This document shows positions 38,263-47,387 of a stretch of DNA of 64,000 nucleotides, one piece after another. The position numbers were made by a program, and so were the translations under genes. The DNA lies in assembly GCA_934276485.1 (NCBI GenBank), contig CAKQTE010000040.1:5208-69207 (forward strand). Reading direction: 5' to 3'. Below the pieces are notes generated by a model. That model ran no database searches, had not been told where the DNA came from, and worked only from the letters and a program-made list of their open reading frames with translations. The first letter of the stretch is position 1. Every line of letters starts with the position of its first letter. This DNA is from an uncultured Spirochaetales bacterium (lineage in GTDB: Bacteria; Spirochaetota; Spirochaetia; Sphaerochaetales; Sphaerochaetaceae).

Positions 38263-39294
38263 TTGGAATTTTGGGAAAGAATAGCAACTAGTGATGCACC
38301 AATAGTCATATATGGAACCGGAAATGGTGCTGATATGTTTCTTGATGAGGCGGCTGCGCGTGGCATAAGAGTCAATGGCTGCTTTGCATCCGATCTCTTT
38401 GTGCGCTCAAGGACTTTCAGGGGATTCAAGGTTCTTTCATATAGTGATGCACGCCACATCTTTGGAAAGATGTTCGTTGTGTTGTGCTTTGGCACTCACG
38501 ATCCTCTTGTTATTGCAAATATCCAGAGAATAGCACAGGAAAATGAGCTATATATGCCAGATTTGGTAAGAGATGATGAGGCCAATTTGTTTGATCTTAA
38601 ATATTGCCAAAAGCATAAAGAAGAGATTGAATTTGCATATTCCCTTCTTGCAGACGATATGAGCAGAAAGAGCTTCAAGAGCATCATTGATTATAGGATC
38701 ACAGGAGACATTTCATATCTTTTGGAAGACCAAGTAGATGATATAAGTGCGTGGAAAGAACTTTCGTATGATCAAGATGAAGTATTTGTTGATTGCGGAG
38801 CATACAATGGAGACACTATCTCTCGCTTTAAATCCATTGTTTCCTCTTATGAGGCTATATATGGCATAGAGCCAGATCGAAAGACATTCAAGAAGCTTGA
38901 GAGAGCAACAGAAGGACTGGACAATCTGAAACTATGCAATGCATTTGTATCAGACTATGTAGGATCAATTCCGTTTGTCAGCGGAAAAGGAAGGGGCTCT
39001 ACATATTCAGCTACAGGTGAGCTAATTGATGTTGTGACTGTCGATTCAATCCTAAAAGGATCTCGTGCAACTTTAATCAAATATGATACTGAAGGCTTTG
39101 AAAAAGAAGCTCTAAAGGGGAGCTATGAAACAATATCCAATTATAAGCCGAAGTTGATAGTCTCTGCTTATCATAAGATCCAGGATATATTCACGCTTCC
39201 TCGTCAAATCTACGAGATGAGACAGGACTATACATTCAAACTCAGAAAATCCAAGAGTATCCCATATTGGGATAGCTGTTATTACATCTATTGA
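38263..39294 (+). CDS. FkbM-family methyltransferase
   Basis: VFVDCGAYNGDT SAM-binding motif and C-terminal FkbM-like region. TTG start. Confidence 0.75.
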   Translation: MEFWERIATSDAPIVIYGTGNGADMFLDEAAARGIRVNGCFASDLFVRSRTFRGFKVLSYSDARHIFGKMFVVLCFGTHDPLVIANIQRIAQENELYMPDLVRDDEANLFDLKYCQKHKEEIEFAYSLLADDMSRKSFKSIIDYRITGDISYLLEDQVDDISAWKELSYDQDEVFVDCGAYNGDTISRFKSIVSSYEAIYGIEPDRKTFKKLERATEGLDNLKLCNAFVSDYVGSIPFVSGKGRGSTYSATGELIDVVTVDSILKGSRATLIKYDTEGFEKEALKGSYETISNYKPKLIVSAYHKIQDIFTLPRQIYEMRQDYTFKLRKSKSIPYWDSCYYIY

Positions 39295-39393
39295 TTGAAC
39301 AAAAACTCTTTTTTCTCTATCCTCTTTGGTGCGGAGTTCGTACATTCCTGGAAATCCTTCGCATAAGAAAAGAAAACTATAAAGAGGAAATCA

Positions 39394-40098
39394 ATGAAAG
39401 AAAAGAAATCCCTTTCATCCAATGACTACCTAATTTATTTGTCTGTAGTCTATGTCGTTATTGCAGTTACAATGAATATCTTCTGCATGAAGTCCCTGTC
39501 TTTTTCACTACCATTCATAGTTTGTGATGGAGGCTTACTAATTAGCTGGGGCGTATTCTTGATCTCAAATGTCATCGTAGAGGTTTGGGGAGAGAAAGAA
39601 TGCGTCAAGATTGTAACATTTGCAACTGTAGTTACATTTGTGATCATGATAATCGGAAGATTGATTGTCTTTATCCCCACTCTTGATGAATACACAGAGC
39701 AAGCTGATGCCTTTGCTCGTATATTCTCAAATGGACCTAGGACAATAGTTTCCAGCGTAATTGCATTCTGGGTTGGAAATGTGATAAATGCACATGTAAT
39801 CATGAAAATCAAGGCATCCATTCCAGAGAATAAGGATAATAAAGCATTGTTCTTCATGCGTTCTGCACTATCAACACTTGTAGGACAGCTTGTAGATAAT
39901 GCTATTTTCATGGTTCTTGCATTTGCGCCAATTGGACTATCACTATATGAAATGGCTTGGAAGGATATTTCAAGTTCTGTTTTGTCAGGTACTGTGATAG
40001 AACTAGTAGTAGAAAGCTGTTTTGTACCTTGCATCACGATTCCTTTGACAAAGAAGATTCTAGATGTAAGGAAAAAGGAATCTAAATGCGAGTATTAA
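39394..40098 (+). CDS. VUT-family transporter (YhhQ-like queuosine-precursor transporter)
   Basis: 234 aa with six hydrophobic segments. FWVGNVINAH and LVGQLVDNAIF blocks resemble the YhhQ/DUF165 family. Confidence 0.65.
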   Translation: MKEKKSLSSNDYLIYLSVVYVVIAVTMNIFCMKSLSFSLPFIVCDGGLLISWGVFLISNVIVEVWGEKECVKIVTFATVVTFVIMIIGRLIVFIPTLDEYTEQADAFARIFSNGPRTIVSSVIAFWVGNVINAHVIMKIKASIPENKDNKALFFMRSALSTLVGQLVDNAIFMVLAFAPIGLSLYEMAWKDISSSVLSGTVIELVVESCFVPCITIPLTKKILDVRKKESKCEY

Positions 40099-40745
40099 TA
40101 ACTGGAGCATCATCCGGAATTGGTAAGTATTGCGTAAGCTTGTTTATGCATATGGGCTACGAAGTCATTGGTTTGGATATAAAACCACAGACAATAGATG
40201 GCTACAAGCACTATATTGCTGATATATCAAAGAAGGAAACACTTCCAGATATTTTTGGAGTTGACTATCTGATAAACAACGCTGGAGTCCAGGCTAGCGT
40301 TGATGATATAGATGTCAACTTAAAGGGTACTATCAACGTAACAGAAAAATATGGCATACACGAAGGCATAAAGAGCATCCTCTTTGTTGCATCTGCGTCT
40401 GCTCATACAGGAGCAGAGTTCCCATATTACTCAGCTTCCAAGGGCGGAATGCTAGCATATATGCGCAATGTTGCGCTTCGCGTTGCAAAGTATGGTGCAA
40501 CATGTAACAGCATATCTCCAGGAGGAGTAAAGACAGAGTTGAACAAGCCTGTCATGGAAGATGAGAAGCTTTGGGCTGATATCATGGCTGTAACGCCTCT
40601 CAAGCGCTGGGCAGAACCAGAGGAGATTGCATCTTGGATATATTTCCTGACTACAATCAACAAGTCATGCACCGGTGAGGATATCCTTATAGATAATGGT
40701 GAGACTCATCTCAATGCGACATTTATCTGGCCAGATAACGCTTAA
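40086..40745 (+). CDS. Short-chain dehydrogenase/reductase (SDR)
   Basis: ITGASSGIGK cofactor motif and YYSASKGG (YxxxK) catalytic motif. Confidence 0.85.
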   Translation: MRVLITGASSGIGKYCVSLFMHMGYEVIGLDIKPQTIDGYKHYIADISKKETLPDIFGVDYLINNAGVQASVDDIDVNLKGTINVTEKYGIHEGIKSILFVASASAHTGAEFPYYSASKGGMLAYMRNVALRVAKYGATCNSISPGGVKTELNKPVMEDEKLWADIMAVTPLKRWAEPEEIASWIYFLTTINKSCTGEDILIDNGETHLNATFIWPDNA

Positions 40746-40811
40746 TAGCTTATATCTTCATTGAATATAAAAACCAAAACTTTTATCATTCTAGTAGAGA
40801 GGAGGCGTGTC

Positions 40812-41828
40812 ATGCGTATACTTGTCACTGGTGGTGCTGGATATATTGGTACCCATACAGTTGTAGAATTGTTTGCAAAGAACATCGATGTTGTCGTCAT
40901 GGATAATCTTGGAAACTCAAATCCAGAAGCTCTTAAGAGAGTTGAACAGATTACTGGAAAGAAAGTTGAATTTGTTGAAGGCGACGTAAGAGATAAAGCT
41001 CTTCTTGATAAAGTCTTCGAGACATACAAGATCGATGGTGTTATTCACTTTGCAGGAAAGAAAGCTGTTGGAGAGTCTGTTGCTAAGCCTATTGAGTACT
41101 ATGACAACAACCTAATCTCAACATTGAAGCTTGTTGAATCAATGAGAGAACATGGTGTTAAGAATCTAATATTCTCATCATCTGCTACTGTATATTCAGC
41201 AGATAACGAAGTACCTCTACGTGAGAGCTGCAAGACTGGTTATTGTTCAAATCCATATGGTTGGACTAAGTATATGGGAGAGATCATCCTTTCAGATATG
41301 GTAAAGGCAGATCCAGAGTGGTCAGTTGTCCTTCTTAGATATTTCAATCCAGTGGGAGCTCACGAAAGTGGTCTTATTGGAGAAGATCCAAATGGAATTC
41401 CTGCAAACCTTATGCCATTTATCAGCAAGGTCGCTGTTGGAAAGCTAGAGTGCCTAAGTGTATTTGGAAATGATTATGATACACCAGATGGAACTGGTGT
41501 CAGAGACTACATTCATGTTGTAGATCTTGCTAAGGGCCATGTTGCTGCTGTTGATTATATGCTAAAGCATAAGGGTACAGAAATCATCAACCTAGGAACA
41601 GGAAAAGGCTATAGCGTTCTTGATATGGTTAAGGCTTTCGATCGTGTCAATGGCGTTAAGGTCAACTATAAGATAGCTCCAAGACGTCCAGGAGATCTTG
41701 CAACTGTATACTCTGATCCAAAGAAGGCCAAGGAGGTTCTTGGTTGGGAAGCCACTCATGATCTTGATGACATGTGTCGTGATTCTTGGGCTTGGCAATC
41801 AAAGAATCCAAATGGATATAAAAAATAA
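40812..41828 (+). CDS. galE: UDP-glucose 4-epimerase
   Basis: MRILVTGGAGYIGTHT, SSSATVY, YGWTKYMGE, LRYFNPVGAH. Confidence 0.9.
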   Translation: MRILVTGGAGYIGTHTVVELFAKNIDVVVMDNLGNSNPEALKRVEQITGKKVEFVEGDVRDKALLDKVFETYKIDGVIHFAGKKAVGESVAKPIEYYDNNLISTLKLVESMREHGVKNLIFSSSATVYSADNEVPLRESCKTGYCSNPYGWTKYMGEIILSDMVKADPEWSVVLLRYFNPVGAHESGLIGEDPNGIPANLMPFISKVAVGKLECLSVFGNDYDTPDGTGVRDYIHVVDLAKGHVAAVDYMLKHKGTEIINLGTGKGYSVLDMVKAFDRVNGVKVNYKIAPRRPGDLATVYSDPKKAKEVLGWEATHDLDDMCRDSWAWQSKNPNGYKK

Positions 41829-41910
41829 GATTTTAGATGAGGGATGGGCAATGTAGCTCTTCCCTTTTTCTTTATTGCTTCACATTGGTTTTGCATCTAA
41901 AATTCTACCT

Positions 41911-43446
41911 ATGAAGAATAAATGGTTTCATTCCTTGTTTCGCAGAAGACTTCTCATAGGAATATTGCTCATAGCTCAGCTTTGGGCAATCTATTACTAC
42001 ATATCTAGCGATACCAAAGCATCTAGCATCATTAGTTCAATTCTCACAATAGCAAGCTATGGTGCTGTTTTGTCTGTTATTTCAAAACGGGAAAAGGGGT
42101 CCTATAAGCTCTTTTGGTGTTTGATCCTTGTTATATTTCCAGTCTTTGGATGTTTCTTGTATCTCTTTTCCGAGCTTGAGTCCTCTACATGGAGTACAAA
42201 TAAGAAGTTTGCAAATACAGAGAAGAAAGGACGAGCAGGAAGAGCCCTTATTGAAGATGATCTGGATAAGGCAAAAGATGCAATTCCTGAATACATTACA
42301 CAATTGCAATACTTGGACACATATGCAGGGTTTCCTGTGTGTGCTGGCACCAAGTGCGAATACCTAACTCCAGGAGAGAAGATGTTCGAAGTGCTTCTCA
42401 AGGAGCTTGAGAAAGCGGAGAAGTATATCTTCATGGAATATTTCATCGTACAAGAAGGCGTGATGTGGAATGCGATTTTGGATATCTTGAAAAGAAAAGC
42501 AGATCAAGGCGTCAAGGTTCGCATCATGTATGACGACTTTGGATGTTTCTTTCTTCTACCAAAAGACTATCAAAAACAACTAAAGGAATATGGTATTGAG
42601 TGTGGTGTATTCAATCCATTCAGACCTTTCCTGACAGTACTGCAGAACAATAGAGACCACAGAAAGATTACATCTATCGATGGAAAGGTTGCTTTCACAG
42701 GTGGTGTGAACCTCGCAGATGAATATATAAATGCATATGAAAAGCATGGTCATTGGAAAGACGCGGGCATAAAGATCGAAGGTAAGGCTGCATGGAGCTT
42801 GACTGTGATGTTTCTTGAAATGTGGCAGACTTGTAAGCGCATTAACGAAGACTACAGCATTTATTATCCATGGAAAGAAAAGGTTTGTGAGACTCCTAGT
42901 GATGGTTTTGTAGTTCCTTATGCAGATAGCCCTCTAGATAAAGAGAACGTTGGTGAGCATGTATACCTAAAGGAAATTACGGATGCAAAGCGCTATGTCT
43001 ATATAAACACACCATATTTGATAGTCGATGACAGCATGATCTCAGCTCTCACTCTTGCTGCTAAAAGTGGTATAGATGTACGCATTGTCACACCTCATGT
43101 TTGGGATAAGTTCTTTGTCCATATGACAACGCAATCGTACTACAGGGATTTGATAAAAGGTGGAGTGAAGATATATGAGTACACGAAGGGATTCATTCAC
43201 TCAAAGACATTCGTTATAGATGACAGAGTTGCAACTGTCGGAACAACAAACCTGGATTTCAGAAGTCTATATCTGCACTTTGAGTGTGGAGTAGTCCTTT
43301 TTGACAATAAAGCAGTATTGGAAGTGAAGGACGACTACTTAAAGACCCTAGAGGAGTGCCAGGAGATTACTCTAAAGGATTGCCGTTATGGATTTTTCAA
43401 GCGATTGATTCAGAACGTGATGAGAGTCATCGCGCCTTTGATGTAA
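41911..43446 (+). CDS. cls: Cardiolipin synthase
   Basis: Two N-terminal TM segments and two HKD motifs (HRKITSIDGKVAFTGGVNL, HSKTFVIDDRVATVGTTNL). Confidence 0.9.
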   Translation: MKNKWFHSLFRRRLLIGILLIAQLWAIYYYISSDTKASSIISSILTIASYGAVLSVISKREKGSYKLFWCLILVIFPVFGCFLYLFSELESSTWSTNKKFANTEKKGRAGRALIEDDLDKAKDAIPEYITQLQYLDTYAGFPVCAGTKCEYLTPGEKMFEVLLKELEKAEKYIFMEYFIVQEGVMWNAILDILKRKADQGVKVRIMYDDFGCFFLLPKDYQKQLKEYGIECGVFNPFRPFLTVLQNNRDHRKITSIDGKVAFTGGVNLADEYINAYEKHGHWKDAGIKIEGKAAWSLTVMFLEMWQTCKRINEDYSIYYPWKEKVCETPSDGFVVPYADSPLDKENVGEHVYLKEITDAKRYVYINTPYLIVDDSMISALTLAAKSGIDVRIVTPHVWDKFFVHMTTQSYYRDLIKGGVKIYEYTKGFIHSKTFVIDDRVATVGTTNLDFRSLYLHFECGVVLFDNKAVLEVKDDYLKTLEECQEITLKDCRYGFFKRLIQNVMRVIAPLM

Positions 43447-43487
43447 AATCGTCCTTTGTGATAACCTATAGTTAAGAAGGCAATAAA

Positions 43488-44267
43488 ATGGAAAACCTAG
43501 AGAAGATTGCAATGTTAATCGATGCTGATAACACTCAACTGATGAAGCTAGAGGCAGTCTTGAGAGAAATATCTACACGCGGACGTATTGTTGTTAAGCG
43601 TGCATATGGCAATTGGCGCAAGGATATTCTTAAAAATTGGGAGAACGAGTTAAAGCGTCTTGCGATAAAAGCAGAGCAGCAATTCGATTATGTCAGTGGA
43701 AAGAATGCTACAGATATGGCACTTGTGATAGATGCTATCAATATGCTCTACAAAGGCATATATGATGCATTTGTTATTGTCGCTAGCGATAGTGATTACA
43801 CACCACTAGCAATTAACCTCCACGAGTCTGGAGTGTACGTAATAGGTGTTGGAGAGAAGAAGACACCGGAAGCGTTCCGTAATAGCTGTGACGAATTCAT
43901 ATTTTTGGAAAACCTAGAGGAAGTTGAAGACGAAAAGAAGAAAAAGACCAAGACTCCTTCCAAAAAGGAATTAAAGACAGATTTTGCATACGAAGAAGCA
44001 TCAGCTAATAGTGATGACGATGACGATATGCTAGAGGTGCATAACCTACTTAGAATCGCTTGGGAAAGATTCCAGGATGACAATGGCTTTGTAGATATGG
44101 CAACTGTAGGACAGTACATAAAGAGGGCAAAGCCTGATTTCGATCCAAAGAACTATGGTTATGTGAAGCTATCACAACTTATAGAGGCATATCCATATAG
44201 GTATGAGGTCAGTAAACAAAAGGTAAATCATGGCTCATTGATCTACTATGCATATCGATGTATTTGA
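43488..44267 (+). CDS. NYN-domain (LabA-like) protein with a C-terminal OST-HTH/LOTUS domain
   Basis: MLIDADN and VASDSDY NYN acidic motifs, acidic linker, C-terminal GFVDMATVGQYIKRAKPDFDPKNYGYVKLSQLIEAYP typical of OST-HTH. Confidence 0.8.
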   Translation: MENLEKIAMLIDADNTQLMKLEAVLREISTRGRIVVKRAYGNWRKDILKNWENELKRLAIKAEQQFDYVSGKNATDMALVIDAINMLYKGIYDAFVIVASDSDYTPLAINLHESGVYVIGVGEKKTPEAFRNSCDEFIFLENLEEVEDEKKKKTKTPSKKELKTDFAYEEASANSDDDDDMLEVHNLLRIAWERFQDDNGFVDMATVGQYIKRAKPDFDPKNYGYVKLSQLIEAYPYRYEVSKQKVNHGSLIYYAYRCI

Positions 44268-44312
44268 AAATCAAAAATTGACAGCTGAAAAAAGCAGGTG
44301 TAAATTGTAGTA

Positions 44313-44395
44313 GTTGATGGTCCCTTTCACAGGACCTCCATAAGGTGTTAATGCAACAAACTACCGTGAGTCTCGCGGCAAGTGTTGCTTTTTTT
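44313..44395 (+). ncRNA. Candidate small RNA or structured 3' UTR ending in an intrinsic terminator
   Basis: TTGACA (44278-83), 17 nt, TAAATT (44301-06). GGTCC-N8-GGACC hairpin, then GCAACA...TGTTGC stem (44353-88) with inner CCGTG/CGCGG helix and a T7 run (44389-95). Confidence 0.35.
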
Positions 44396-44877
44396 ATGCC
44401 GTTTTCGAAAATATAAAAGCACTCAGAATGGAGTGCTAAAGGAGAAGAGTCGATTAAGACTGCGAATAAGACTAAATGATAAGGCGGTAGTGCAAGAATT
44501 TTTCAAAGGAGGTTAGTTTTCTTTTGAACTCAAAGCCTTATCATCTGCATCTACTTAAGAAACAAATGAAAACAATAAAGGTTACAAGAAAGCAAAAGCT
44601 ACCGAGGAATTAGGGGGAATGGAATGATAAATCTATGTTATCCCTCGGTAGCTTTGTGCTTCTACTATATAAATCGAAAGATAGTAGATAAATTGCTTAA
44701 AAATTTTAATCAGAAAATAAATAGAACCGAATTCGGATTGAAAATAATTGCTTTATATTTATGAATTGTGGATTTTGTGTGAGAAAACGGCTTTTATGAG
44801 CTTTTCAGGAGTTATTGGTTTTTCTATTTGGATTAATCGATGTATATTTATAGATATAAGAAGTGGAGATTTAAGCT

Positions 44878-45447
44878 GTGTCGCAAATAACCAAGAAAGC
44901 TTTGGCAGGTGCTTTTAGAGAGCTTTTGGAAGAAAAGCCAATTTCAAAGATTACGATTTCAGATATCACAGATAGAGCTGGTGTTAATCGTCATACATTC
45001 TATTATCATTTCAAGGATATCAACGATATGATTGCGTGGACATTTTCCACGAAGATCAAAGAGCTTCTCGATGAGCATATTTGTTATGATAATTGGCAGA
45101 ATGCGTTTGGTGTTCTTCTTGATTACTGCTCACAGCGAAGAAAGTTCATTCTTGCTGTATATCATTCCGACTCAAAGGAACATGTATTAAGGCTTTTCAA
45201 TGAATGGGTATATACACTTTTGAGAAGAGTATTGGAAGAGCAAAGCATTGGAATGCATGTCTATGATTCCGATAAGGACTATATTGCACGATTTTATCAA
45301 TTTGGATTTGTTGGAATGCTTATCTCTTGGCTGGACACTGGAATGATGGAAGATCCTGAAGTGCTGATTAAACAGCTTGCAATCCTTGCGCGCGGTGACC
45401 TCAAAGATACATTAATTAGATTCGAAGAAGAAACAATGAGGAAATAG
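44878..45447 (+). CDS. TetR/AcrR-family transcriptional regulator
   Basis: N-terminal HTH ITISDITDRAGVNRHTFYYHFKD. GTG start after GTGGAG. Confidence 0.85.
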   Translation: MSQITKKALAGAFRELLEEKPISKITISDITDRAGVNRHTFYYHFKDINDMIAWTFSTKIKELLDEHICYDNWQNAFGVLLDYCSQRRKFILAVYHSDSKEHVLRLFNEWVYTLLRRVLEEQSIGMHVYDSDKDYIARFYQFGFVGMLISWLDTGMMEDPEVLIKQLAILARGDLKDTLIRFEEETMRK

Positions 45448-45544
45448 ACAACATTAGGAGTTTGTAGTCTTTTTTGCATATTGGAAAACTGTGTGTAAAA
45501 AGCCAACATGGCTATTTTGGTGTTCATTTAATCTGAAGATATAT

Positions 45545-45573
45545 ATCTGTACCCTTAGGTAAGAGGTACAGAT
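45545..45573 (+). promoter_or_regulatory. Stem-loop occluding the SD and start codon of the oleate hydratase gene
   Basis: ATCTGTACC (45545-53) pairs perfectly with GGTACAGAT (45565-73). The 3' arm contains the GG of the AAGAGG SD and the AT of ATG 45572. Confidence 0.45.
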
Positions 45574-47320
45574 GTATTACAGTTCAGGAAATTATGAGAG
45601 TCTATCGCATCCAGAAAAAGCGAAGAATATAGACTCCAAATCAGCATATATAATAGGTACAGGGCTTGCAGGTCTTTCTGCAGCTGCTTTCTTGATCCGC
45701 GACTGTGGCATGAAAGGAGAAAGAATCCACATGTTAGAGGAAGAACCTCTTGCTGGAGGTATATCTCCGGATTTAGAGGATTCGCAAGGTTTTGTGATCA
45801 GAAGCTCCAGTGTTATGGAAGAACACTTCGAGTGTTTGTGGGATTTGTTTTCCACGATTCCCTCTTCTGAAAACAATGGCTTATCTGTACTAGATGAGTT
45901 CAAGCTCATAAATGAAAAAGATCCAAATCAAGCATCTATAAGAACAACTACAGATAGATGCAAGAATGTTTATAGCAATGAGAAATACAATCTATCCAAT
46001 GAAGCATTGCATAGCCTTATTAAGCTAATTCTTGCAAAAGATGAAGAGCTTGCTGATAAGCGTGTCAGCGATGTACTGGATGAAAGCTTCTTTTCATCAA
46101 ATCTGTGGTTGTATTTCCAGACGCTTTTTGCATTCTCTACATGGCATTCAGCTTTGGAGATGAAGAGATTTTTATTGCGTTTTGCGCATCAAGCAGAAGG
46201 CTTTTCCAATCTCTCTAGCTTGAAATATGCAAAATACAATCAATATGAGTCCTTCATTCTTCCTCTTGTCAAATACCTTACGGAAAATGGAGTAGATTTT
46301 GTTTATAACACAAGAGTCTCGGACGTTAAATTCGAAATTGAGAATAATAAGATGATTGCTAAAAGCATCGCACTAGAGCGCGATGAAACAGAAGATTGGA
46401 TAGGTCTTACAGAAGATGATTTACTACTTATAACAAATGGCTCTGCAACAATGTGTGCATCTCTTGGCGCACAAGATAAAGCTGCAGCAAGATCTGATCG
46501 TCCTAAGAAAACCCTATGGATGAGAATATGTGATGAGTATGGTAAGTTTGGATCTCCTGCAAAGTTTTTCTCTTGCGTGGAGAAAACTCGCTGGGAAGCT
46601 GCAACTATAACAACTCTTGATGAAAAGATTCCACAGATTCTAGAGAGCGTTCTTAAGCGAGATCCTTTTTCTGGAAAGCTAGTTACCGGTGGCCTTGTTA
46701 CAATAAAGGACAGCTCTTGGCTCTTGAGCTTTGCATTCAACAGACAGCCTTATTCCAAAATACAAGCTAGAAATGAGCTTGTTGGTTGGATCTATGGCTT
46801 GAATCTAGATAAAGAAGGCGATTTCATACATAAGAGAATGTACGATTGCACAGGAACGGAAATCTGTGCTGAGTGGCTCTACCATATGGGTGTGGATGAG
46901 TCTGATATCATGAGTATGGCTAGAGAGAGTGCTAATACAATTCCTATCATGCTTCCATATATCACTTCTTCATTGATGCCTAGGACTTCTTCTGATAGGC
47001 CTAGAGTAGTTCCTGAGAAAGCGAAGAACTTTGCATTCATAGGACAATTTGCAGAAACAGATAGAGATGTGGCATTCACACCAGAGTATTCTGTCAGAAC
47101 AGCTATGGAAGCTGTATATACTCTTCTCTCTATTGATAAAGGAGTGCCGGAAGTGTGGAGCAGCGCATATGACATCAGATCTGTTCTTGCTGCTATAAAA
47201 ATGCTTTTGGATGGAAGAAAACTTGTAGACTTACATCTTCCATTTATTGATACATGTGTCATTGAAAAAACAAAGGGAACAGTAATCTACGATATGCTTG
47301 AATCTTATAACCTTATCTAA
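45572..47320 (+). CDS. ohyA: Oleate hydratase (MCRA family, FAD-dependent)
   Basis: MYYSSGNYE start, FAD motif YIIGTGLAGLSAAAFLIRD, 582 aa, typical of myosin-cross-reactive-antigen-family hydratases. Confidence 0.9.
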   Translation: MYYSSGNYESLSHPEKAKNIDSKSAYIIGTGLAGLSAAAFLIRDCGMKGERIHMLEEEPLAGGISPDLEDSQGFVIRSSSVMEEHFECLWDLFSTIPSSENNGLSVLDEFKLINEKDPNQASIRTTTDRCKNVYSNEKYNLSNEALHSLIKLILAKDEELADKRVSDVLDESFFSSNLWLYFQTLFAFSTWHSALEMKRFLLRFAHQAEGFSNLSSLKYAKYNQYESFILPLVKYLTENGVDFVYNTRVSDVKFEIENNKMIAKSIALERDETEDWIGLTEDDLLLITNGSATMCASLGAQDKAAARSDRPKKTLWMRICDEYGKFGSPAKFFSCVEKTRWEAATITTLDEKIPQILESVLKRDPFSGKLVTGGLVTIKDSSWLLSFAFNRQPYSKIQARNELVGWIYGLNLDKEGDFIHKRMYDCTGTEICAEWLYHMGVDESDIMSMARESANTIPIMLPYITSSLMPRTSSDRPRVVPEKAKNFAFIGQFAETDRDVAFTPEYSVRTAMEAVYTLLSIDKGVPEVWSSAYDIRSVLAAIKMLLDGRKLVDLHLPFIDTCVIEKTKGTVIYDMLESYNLI

Positions 47321-47351
47321 GGTCAAAGAAACTCCCCTTATTTAGTGTTTT

Positions 47352-47381
47352 GGGTAGAGGGCTGGAAACAGCTCTCTACCC
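47352..47381. terminator. Hairpin between convergent ohyA and MATE genes
   Basis: GGGTAGAGGGCTG-GAAA-CAGCTCTCTACCC (13-bp stem, one mismatch). Confidence 0.55.
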
Positions 47382-47387
47382 ATTAGT

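Noticed and set aside
38202-38495. N-terminal 98 codons of the 573-aa MATE ORF.
   Set aside because: They overlap the divergent FkbM methyltransferase gene, are not MATE-like and are not hydrophobic. The real start is probably at one of the internal Met codons (38201, 38174 or 38147).
39450-40037. 195-aa ORF antisense to the YhhQ-like transporter. Similar long antisense ORFs occur at 55771-56250, 46303-46740, 12409-12819, 16925-17344 and 20850-21287.
   Set aside because: Each lies wholly inside a well-supported gene on the opposite strand. The compositions are low-complexity or Ser/Ile-rich, with no SD and no recognisable motifs, so they are typical shadow ORFs.
44319-44365. Possible preQ1-I riboswitch (hairpin followed by ACAAACUA).
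   Set aside because: The spacing between the hairpin and the A-rich tail is too long, the loop consensus is absent, and no queuosine gene lies downstream.
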